NCBI RefSeq assembly: GCF_000025945.1
Contig: NC_006138.1
Location: 2,550,001-2,582,000 of the forward strand
DNA from: Desulfotalea psychrophila LSv54
Lineage (GTDB): Bacteria; Desulfobacterota; Desulfobulbia; Desulfobulbales; Desulfocapsaceae
Reading direction: 5' to 3'
DNA: 32,000 nucleotides
Position 1 is the stretch's first letter; every line of letters begins with the position of its first letter. Below the pieces are notes generated by a model. The model was given only the letters and a program-made list of their open reading frames with translations, was not told the DNA's origin and did not search any database. A program made the translations under genes and the position numbers. Positions 26,035 to 32,000 of the stretch are shown piece after piece.

Positions 26035-26787
26035 TTAGGTGAGCACCTCATAGCCATCCGCTGTGACCAGAATTGTATGCTCATATTGAGCAGATAATTT
26101 TTTGTCACGGGTAACAACATTCCAACCATCTTTGCTTGTTCTTATTCCGGATGTACCTTGATTGATCATCGGCTCAATGGTGAAGGTCATCCCCTCTTCA
26201 AGAACCAGGCCTGTATCCGGGCTACCGTAGTGCAGTACTTGAGGCGCTTCATGCATCTCTTTGCCAATGCCATGACCACAGTAATCACGAACAACGCTAT
26301 AGCCGTAATTTTCGGCAAATGTCTGGATTGCATGGCCCACATCACCCAGCCGAGCCCCGGGTTTAACCATTTTGATACCCTCCCACATAGCCTGATAGGT
26401 GGTCTCAACCAGTTTTCGGGCCTGAGCTGAGGCCTCGGGCATAACATACATCCTACTGGAATCTGAAATAAAGCCGCTTTTCTCTAGGGTGATATCCAGG
26501 TTAACAATATCCTTTAACTTGAGCTTCTGCCTGGTACTTGGAACGCCATGACAGACAACCTCGTTTACCGAACTGTTGAGGACATATTTATAACCATACT
26601 GCCCCTTGCTTGCTGGCCGTGCCGCCAAATCGACAGTAATAAAATCTTCAACTCTATTGTTAATTTCCATGGTTGTTACACCCGGCTTAACAAATCCATC
26701 CAACATTTCAAAAACCTTTGCCAGTAACTGCCCTGCCTGCCTCATAAGCTCTATTTCAGCAGGAGACTTTATATAAACTTCTTTCAT
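26035..26787 (-). CDS. map: Type I methionine aminopeptidase
   Basis: 250 aa. Supported by VCHGVP, DIVNLDIT, YCGHGIG, FTIEPM and QYEHT (metal ligands in the canonical order). Confidence 0.94.
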   Translation of the reverse strand: MKEVYIKSPAEIELMRQAGQLLAKVFEMLDGFVKPGVTTMEINNRVEDFITVDLAARPASKGQYGYKYVLNSSVNEVVCHGVPSTRQKLKLKDIVNLDITLEKSGFISDSSRMYVMPEASAQARKLVETTYQAMWEGIKMVKPGARLGDVGHAIQTFAENYGYSVVRDYCGHGIGKEMHEAPQVLHYGSPDTGLVLEEGMTFTIEPMINQGTSGIRTSKDGWNVVTRDKKLSAQYEHTILVTADGYEVLT

Positions 26788-26850
26788 TACAACCTTCTAA
26801 CTATTTTAATATGAGCTCACAAATGAGCATTGGAGTTGAGCTACCCTCAG

Positions 26851-26894
26851 CCCCCCGCATCTAAAGCTGTCTCAAACCCTGGATGACATCCAGG
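26851..26894. repeat. Unit 1 of a repeated motif-plus-hairpin in the map / sigma54-activator intergenic region
   Basis: A C-run, then CTAAAGCTGTC (26861-26871), then the palindrome CCTGGATGaCATCCAGG (26878-26894). Confidence 0.4.
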
Positions 26895-26963
26895 CTAGGA
26901 ATGGCTATCCCCTTGTTATGAGAAAGATTGTTAGAGTATACATCCACCCTATCCTTTGTGCCA

Positions 26964-26998
26964 CCCCTAAAGCTGTCAGGATGGGGCCTATTCCATCC
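26964..26998. repeat. Unit 2 of the same motif-plus-hairpin
   Basis: CCCC, then CTAAAGCTGTC (26967-26977), then the hairpin GGATGG-N8-CCATCC (26979-26998). Confidence 0.4.
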
Positions 26999-27033
26999 AG
27001 AAACGCCACAAAAAGCGGGGTAAAGGTTAAGCC

Positions 27034-29007
27034 TTACTCTTCTCCTTGCAGCTCATGACCCTTTGTCAGGACAATTCTGTACTTATCTATCTTTCTGTAG
27101 AGTGTCGGACGGGAAATGCCAAGAGACTGAGCTGTTTTGCTGATATTATTATCAAAAAAGGCAAGGGTCTCCGTGATAATTTGTGACTCCACCTCCTCCA
27201 GGGTCTGCGTGCCCACCACTTTAACCACCTCTTTATTGGTATTAGAAAAGAGATCACTAATGGCAAAGTGCTCCGGGAGAAGAACACCGTCTTCTGCCAA
27301 GTAGATGGCACGTTCCGTGGCGCTTTCCAGCTGACGGATATTGCCGGGCCAGCTGTACTTACTGATAGCCAGACGCGTTTGACTGGGGAGGACCTGTTTG
27401 CGACGATCGAATTTTATTATATGCCTATCTATGAAATACTGAACTAACTTAAGAATATCACCCTGACGTTCTCTCAGGGGTGGAATATTTATCCTCAGGG
27501 TACTGATACGGTAATAAAGATCTGCCCTAAACTGTTGAACATCAATCATTTTCTTCAGATCTTTATGGGTTGCAGAGATGATCCTCAGATTCACAGGGAT
27601 AGTACGTAGTCCACCTACTCGTTGTATTTCTCCAAACTGAAGCACTCGCAGGAGTTTAACCTGCATTTCAAAGGGCATATCGCCTATTTCATCAAGAAAG
27701 AGGGTGCCGTTATTGGCAAGTTCTATCTTGCCCGGTCTGCCACCCTTTTGCGCCCCGGTAAAAGCCCCCTCCTCATAACCGAAAAGCTCACTCTCCAAGA
27801 GCTCTTTGGGGATGGCCCCACAGTTGATAGCAACAAAGGAGCCATTTTTATGTTCGCTTGCATTGTGAATTGCCTGGGCAAAAAGCTCTTTACCCGTTCC
27901 GGTTTCCCCATAAAGAAGCACCGAGGCAGTATTCTTTGCGGAAATACGGGCAAGGTGGAGGGCTGATTTAAGTGCGGGACTGTCGCCAAGGATAGAATCA
28001 AAGGTAAATGGGGCCTGAGTACCGATCAGTTTAACTGCTCGGCGCAACGCTTCATTTTTTTCAACAAAGGTAAAGATTCCCCCCACAAGTTGCTCCTCCT
28101 CCAGTCGTATAGGGTCAAGAGAGGCAAAATAGCTCACCCCCGTTTTTTTGGAGACAATTTCCCGGGCTCGAAATCCTCTCCCCCGCTCCAGACAATCAGC
28201 AATATTCAGACTATTGCCGATATAGGTAGTGAGTAAATTATCCCTTGCATCTGCCTTTATGGCCAGGAGATTACGGGCCTTGTGGTTTGTTTGGACAATA
28301 TTTCCCTGTTGGTCAACGGTCACTATTCCAGATGATTTAGACTCAATAATTGCCGTCATATATTGATTCTTTATGGCAATTTCTTGCTGTTTTTCAAGAG
28401 ATTGAAGTCTGGATCTTATGTTTTTAGAAGCCTGGCTAACAAGACCTATAGTATGGACATGCATGTTTTCTGAATAGCCACTCAAACAGATGACCCCCAA
28501 AAGTTCCTTACCATCGGGAGAAAAGATGGGGGAGCTGGCATTGCTAATTTTTTTTGCCGTAGTAGCATACATCTGAGTACCCGGCAGAAAAATACTGATC
28601 TTTTCAAGCAGAGTCAGACCAATTGCACAGGTGCCAACATCCTTTTCTGTCCAGCGATACCTGGGAATGCAACGTCTATGGGCAAAATGGGCCTGAAGAT
28701 CAGGATCGCCCACCAGATAAAGGATATAGCCCTCATTGTCGGTAAAGATCATGCAAAACCCCGTTCCCTTCAGCAGGTCGTAGAGGTTTTCTAACTGTTC
28801 TTTGGTGGTATCATAAAAAAGCTGTTGCTTCTTTATTCGCTGCCTGAAAGCCTGCTCCGTTAGCTTGGTGCTTTCAGGAGAGCCATCTACCTGAGGGGTA
28901 ATATTATATTTTTTAGATCGTTTGAACGAGGCATCAATTATTTTTTGCAGTTTTTCGTGGTTGGGCAGTTCTGAGATCATGGCATTAATTGTATTGTTTC
29001 GCAACAC
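27034..29007 (-). CDS. Sigma54-dependent transcriptional activator, AcoR-like (N-terminal GAF-like sensor, PAS, AAA+, HTH)
   Basis: 657 aa. Supported by GETGTGKE, GAFTGA, FLDEIGDM and the C-terminal NISKTAQSLGISRPTLYRKIDKY. The N-terminal ~200 aa resemble the AcoR-type sensor. The start is uncertain: GTG 29007 or ATG 28980. Confidence 0.88.
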   Translation of the reverse strand: MLRNNTINAMISELPNHEKLQKIIDASFKRSKKYNITPQVDGSPESTKLTEQAFRQRIKKQQLFYDTTKEQLENLYDLLKGTGFCMIFTDNEGYILYLVGDPDLQAHFAHRRCIPRYRWTEKDVGTCAIGLTLLEKISIFLPGTQMYATTAKKISNASSPIFSPDGKELLGVICLSGYSENMHVHTIGLVSQASKNIRSRLQSLEKQQEIAIKNQYMTAIIESKSSGIVTVDQQGNIVQTNHKARNLLAIKADARDNLLTTYIGNSLNIADCLERGRGFRAREIVSKKTGVSYFASLDPIRLEEEQLVGGIFTFVEKNEALRRAVKLIGTQAPFTFDSILGDSPALKSALHLARISAKNTASVLLYGETGTGKELFAQAIHNASEHKNGSFVAINCGAIPKELLESELFGYEEGAFTGAQKGGRPGKIELANNGTLFLDEIGDMPFEMQVKLLRVLQFGEIQRVGGLRTIPVNLRIISATHKDLKKMIDVQQFRADLYYRISTLRINIPPLRERQGDILKLVQYFIDRHIIKFDRRKQVLPSQTRLAISKYSWPGNIRQLESATERAIYLAEDGVLLPEHFAISDLFSNTNKEVVKVVGTQTLEEVESQIITETLAFFDNNISKTAQSLGISRPTLYRKIDKYRIVLTKGHELQGEE

Positions 29008-29089
29008 TGTAAAGAAAGGGCACAGTGGGCATTATCGTTTTGTTTCTGCTTTCAAAATCAAACAGAGAGAGAGAAATGTCTTTAGCGCT

Positions 29090-29116
29090 ACATACATTAT
29101 GTAACATATTGTTACA
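29090..29116. promoter_or_regulatory. Overlapping palindromes, candidate upstream activator sequence
   Basis: ACATAcatTATGT (29090-29102) overlaps the perfect TGTAACA-TAT-TGTTACA (29100-29116). Both lie about 70-90 nt upstream of the sigma54 promoter. Confidence 0.4.
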
Positions 29117-29182
29117 TGTCAAGCAGAAGGATAATTTCTCACCATCCTTTACCAGACCCCAAAAGAACTTTATTTGCGATAG

Positions 29183-29198
29183 TGGTCTGGAAAATGCA
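29183..29198 (+). promoter_or_regulatory. Sigma54 (-24/-12) promoter upstream of the RidA-family gene
   Basis: TGGTCTGGAAAATGCA has GG and GC in the canonical spacing of TGGCAC-N5-TTGCA. It lies 76 nt upstream of ATG 29274 and is divergent from a sigma54 activator gene. Confidence 0.6.
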
Positions 29199-29273
29199 TC
29201 GTTTTTTATGACTTCCCGTAGAAGCTTTTGGAAAAAGTCAGTAATGAAAGTTTAACAAATAAGAGAGGATGAG

Positions 29274-29627
29274 ATGATAGAAAGAATTGAAACAAGTGAA
29301 CGTATGAGCAAGGTGGTAATCCATAACGGCCTTGCCTATCTTTGTGGTCAGGTCTGTGCTGATAGTAGTGAGCCCGTTGAGCAACAAACAGAGAGTACTC
29401 TTGCCCGGGTTGATGCCCTTTTACAAACAGCGGGCAGTGATCGGGAACACATACTCAATGCAACAATTTATCTTCGTGACATGAAGGATTTTGCAGAGAT
29501 GAATAAGGTTTGGGATAACTGGGTGCCAAGGAGATCTGCTCCAGCCAGAGCCTGTGTTGAGGCGCGACTTGCCCGCCCTGAGCTACTTGTTGAAGTATCC
29601 GTTGTTGCCGCAGTTATTGCCAAATAG
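29274..29627 (+). CDS. RidA/YjgF/RutC-family protein
   Basis: 117 aa. GAGAGGA is a plausible RBS. The length and blocks such as [13 protein letters not shown]...[18 protein letters not shown]...PARACVEA..L are typical of the YjgF/RidA fold. Confidence 0.8.
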   Translation: MIERIETSERMSKVVIHNGLAYLCGQVCADSSEPVEQQTESTLARVDALLQTAGSDREHILNATIYLRDMKDFAEMNKVWDNWVPRRSAPARACVEARLARPELLVEVSVVAAVIAK

Positions 29628-29658
29628 TTTCTAGATGTTCAGGCTGTTCCAACCCTGA

Positions 29659-29699
29659 AAGTCCTCACCAGCGTATTAGCTGGTGAGGACTTTTGTTTT
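29659..29699 (+). terminator. Rho-independent terminator after the RidA-family gene, shared with convergent tctC
   Basis: The 14-bp perfect stem AAGTCCTCACCAGC / GCTGGTGAGGACTT has a 6-nt loop and is followed by TTTGTTTT. Confidence 0.78.
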
Positions 29700-29734
29700 C
29701 CACGCCGCCATTTGCAATGAAGCAAAGGGGAGTC

Positions 29735-30703
29735 TTATTTCTTCATCTTAGCAGCTTCGTCATGCATCTTAGCAGCTTCATCATGCATCATATTGTAGGT
29801 GACCTTCATCTCGTCAATCCACTCCTGACCACTGCGGTAATCTACCACGGCGTTCATGTTTTTGAATGCCTGTCGTACCTTAGGATCTTTCATCGCCTTC
29901 TCTGTAGCGGCAACAAGTTTTTCAACTACCTCGGCTGGAACACCCTTAGGGGCAAAAATACCGGACCATCCCTCGAAATCACCCTTTACCCCGAACTCAG
30001 CAAAGGTAGGTACACCTGGAAAGTCGTCCATTTTATTGTTCATGGCAAGGGCTCTGGCACGACCGGATTTAACGTGAGGACCAAAGGCAGGCGGAAAAGC
30101 TACGGCAGAATCAATATGCCCACCAATTACAGATACCATGGAGGCAGCGCCACTGTTCGCGTGTACATAGGTAACCTTATAATCGAGCTGGCCGGCAATC
30201 ATGTTAGCAAGGATGGTCGCGGAAGAGGCTGCACCCCAAGAGCCTTGAGTTACCTTTCCTGCCTGAGCGCCAGCAACGAACTCCGGCAGAGTTTTATAAG
30301 GACTGTCTGCAGGGACAACGATTGCCAGAGGGACAGAGGTCATTTTGATAATAGGAGTAAAGCTATCAAAATCGTAGGGGGTCTTGCTAAAGTTCGGAGT
30401 AACAAGCACGTTACTGAGACCAACATTAAGCAGGGTATAACCATCATTTTTAGAGTTTGCCACAAAGGCGCTACCCATAATGCCACCACCACCGGCCTTA
30501 TTAATAACTACAACTGGAGTACCAAGTTCTTTTTCTATTGCGTTAGCCCATACACGGGTAGAGAGATCAGAATCGCCGCCGGCACTCCAGGGAACGATGA
30601 CCTTAATAGGTTTTGTTGGATATTCAGCAAAAGCTGATGCAGCTGTTAAAGAGATGGTCAGAGTTGTGGCAATTGCTACAAGTGATTTTCCAAAGCGTTT
30701 CAT
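29735..30703 (-). CDS. tctC: Tripartite tricarboxylate transporter substrate-binding protein (TctC/Bug family)
   Basis: 322 aa. Signal peptide MKRFGKSLVAIATTLTISLTAASAFA, then EYPTKPIKVIVPWSAGGDSDLSTR...VVVINKAGGGG, the hallmark Bug/TctC N-terminus. Confidence 0.9.
   Translation of the reverse strand: MKRFGKSLVAIATTLTISLTAASAFAEYPTKPIKVIVPWSAGGDSDLSTRVWANAIEKELGTPVVVINKAGGGGIMGSAFVANSKNDGYTLLNVGLSNVLVTPNFSKTPYDFDSFTPIIKMTSVPLAIVVPADSPYKTLPEFVAGAQAGKVTQGSWGAASSATILANMIAGQLDYKVTYVHANSGAASMVSVIGGHIDSAVAFPPAFGPHVKSGRARALAMNNKMDDFPGVPTFAEFGVKGDFEGWSGIFAPKGVPAEVVEKLVAATEKAMKDPKVRQAFKNMNAVVDYRSGQEWIDEMKVTYNMMHDEAAKMHDEAAKMKK
29744..29785 (-). repeat. In-frame tandem duplication (2 x 21 nt) at the 3' end of tctC
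   Basis: CATCTTAGCAGCTTCgTCATG followed by CATCTTAGCAGCTTCaTCATG. It encodes HDEAAKM twice, and the single difference is synonymous. Confidence 0.9.
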
Positions 30704-30750
30704 AAAAACTCCTCAATAAATATTTTAACACAGGGCAGAGACCTCTCTAC

Positions 30751-30812
30751 CAAAAATATGTCAACAACATGGCAAGACTGGTTCTCTGCTGATCTGACCA
30801 GTTGTTGACATA
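30751..30812 (-). terminator. Long hairpin plus T-run between tctA and tctC (terminator or attenuator)
   Basis: On the minus strand, TATGTCAACAAC-TGG pairs with CCA-(t bulge)-GTTGTTGACATA. An inner CTGGT/ACCAG pair adds to the stem, and TTTTTG follows. It starts 15 nt after the tctA stop. Confidence 0.5.
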
Positions 30813-30826
30813 GGAAAACGCAACAT

Positions 30827-32000
30827 TTAGGCGGGTACCTCGACACCCTCATCTACTTCTATCGCCTTTTTAAGGGCTGCTCTGGCGGCTTCTTTCTTAC
30901 GTTGACGCAGGGTGCTATATACGGAGAAAGCTGCCAATGCGGTGAATATCCACGAAAATGGTGAGGCAAAGAACAGGTGGTACTCTGTGCCGACAATGGC
31001 CACAGCCTGATCAAGGTTTTGCTCTAAAAACGGGGTAAGGATAACGCCGATGATAAAGGCCGCAGGATTCAGTCCTGTCAGGCGCATCCCATATCCAAAC
31101 AGGGTAAAGAGGATGAGAACAAACACATCGTTAATATCCTGATTTACAGTAAAAGAACCTGCAAAGGCGAAAATGGTAACGCATGGGAAGATGTAGCTAC
31201 GTGGAACAGAGGCTACTCTTGTCCAGAAACGAAATCCCGATTTAGCAATAACAAGCAGGAAGAGATCTGTTATAAGAAAACCTGCAAAGATCGAGTAAAT
31301 CACACTGGTGTGTTCGAAGAAAATGGTTGGCCCGGGAGTGATACCCTGAATGAGGAAGGCACCCATGAGCAGAGCAGCTACGTCATCACCGGGAATACCC
31401 AGGGTGAGCATGGGTATCATGGTGGCACCACATACTGCATTATTGGCAGATTCTGCGGCGGCAATACCACGGATAGAGCCCTTACCAAATTTCTCAGGAT
31501 TCTTGGCGCATCGTTTTGCCTCACCGTAGGCAAGAAAGGCTGCAGTACTTGAGCCAAGACCGGGCAGAGAGCCAATAAAGGTTCCAATTCCTGATGATTT
31601 AAGGATGGTGCCCAGGACAGATTTGTACTCCTTCCAGCTTATACGATTATCCGCCGGAATGGTTGACTTCATAAGTCTCATCTGGGCATCTGGGTCCTTA
31701 CGATTTCTAATGGCCTTAATAACCTCAGGCATAACGAGTACACCGATGAGCATGGGCATAAAGGTAAAGCCATTCAGCAACTCCGGAACACCAAAGGTAA
31801 AACGGGAGGCACCGGTGATGGGAGACATACCCACCATAGCCACAAACATACCCAGGCAACAGGAGAGGAGTCCACGAGCAACAGACTCTCCTGTAATAGA
31901 ACCAATAACAGTAAAGGCAAAGAGCAGGAGGAATACACGTTCAATGGGCCCTGCCTGCAAAGAGATCACTGAAATAGGCGCTGCCACAAAGATCAGAACA
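30827..32000 (-). CDS. tctA: Tripartite tricarboxylate transporter large permease TctA, 5' end beyond the window
   Basis: The frame stays open through nt 32000. It is polytopic and hydrophobic, with TctA-like blocks (GSLPGLGSSTAAFLAYGEAKR, IAAAESANNA, GIPGD). Stop TAA at 30827-30829. Confidence 0.88.
   Translation of the reverse strand, partial: VLIFVAAPISVISLQAGPIERVFLLLFAFTVIGSITGESVARGLLSCCLGMFVAMVGMSPITGASRFTFGVPELLNGFTFMPMLIGVLVMPEVIKAIRNRKDPDAQMRLMKSTIPADNRISWKEYKSVLGTILKSSGIGTFIGSLPGLGSSTAAFLAYGEAKRCAKNPEKFGKGSIRGIAAAESANNAVCGATMIPMLTLGIPGDDVAALLMGAFLIQGITPGPTIFFEHTSVIYSIFAGFLITDLFLLVIAKSGFRFWTRVASVPRSYIFPCVTIFAFAGSFTVNQDINDVFVLILFTLFGYGMRLTGLNPAAFIIGVILTPFLEQNLDQAVAIVGTEYHLFFASPFSWIFTALAAFSVYSTLRQRKKEAARAALKKAIEVDEGVEVPA

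Noticed and set aside
29018-29033. GGGCACAGTGGGCATT as a sigma54 promoter next to the activator gene start
   Set aside because: The GG-to-GC spacing is 10-11 nt instead of the required 12. The properly spaced TGGTCTGGAAAATGCA at 29183-29198 is the better candidate.
29693-30637. 314-aa plus-strand ORF covering almost all of tctC
   Set aside because: It is antisense to a clear Bug/TctC protein that has a signal peptide and hallmark motifs. Its own translation is low-complexity (Gly/Arg/His/Thr rich) with no recognisable motif or RBS. This is a typical shadow ORF.
1-32000. Mobile elements, CRISPR arrays, defence islands, rRNA/tRNA genes
   Set aside because: Reading all intergenic regions and the ORF list showed no transposase, integrase or Cas-like proteins. 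There are no regularly spaced direct repeats, no terminal inverted repeats and no cloverleaf-compatible sequences.

Overview
The window looks like ordinary chromosomal core genome from an anaerobic Gram-negative bacterium. My guess of a Desulfobacterota/Desulfobulbaceae-like organism is low confidence. It rests only on gene content (NifSU, ThyX, Fhs, several sigma54 activators, a TTT transporter) and an AT-leaning composition.

Gene order:
- rsmJ (5' end cut by the window) converging on rlmH, then a YkgJ-type Cys-cluster protein and yqgE/algH.
- A WaaE-like GT2, divergent from the translationally coupled rhamnose operon rfbB-A-D-C.
- A minus-strand block: PilB/GspE-family ATPase, then an ELM1/DUF1022 protein, then a GT4 glycosyltransferase.
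- fhs, then thyX-nifS-nifU, a phosphohexomutase and a Trm112-like mini-gene.
- proC-nadK.
- An NtrC-type sigma54 response regulator and a PHP phosphoesterase.
- A small variable patch with a ComEA-like gene, two unknown or degenerate ORFs and a duplicated promoter-like element.
- A stand-alone GltS-type FMN protein, then map.
- An AcoR-like sigma54 activator divergent from a RidA-family gene.
- tctC and tctA (5' end beyond the window).

I found no rRNA, tRNA, CRISPR array, transposase or integrase, and no convincing multi-gene novel system.

Most noteworthy observations:
1. The PilB/GspE ATPase carries a C-terminal cyclic-nucleotide-binding domain. It sits with glycosyltransferase-like genes rather than pilus or secretion genes.
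2. Three genes have reading-frame lesions: rfbB, fhs and a small secreted-protein paralogue. Every indel falls in a short homopolymer, so sequencing error and very recent decay cannot be told apart here.
3. A roughly 124-nt promoter-plus-hairpin element occurs twice, about 1.5 kb apart.
4. A well-formed sigma54 promoter with palindromic upstream sites precedes the RidA-family gene.

All homology calls come from motif recognition by eye. No database search was run.
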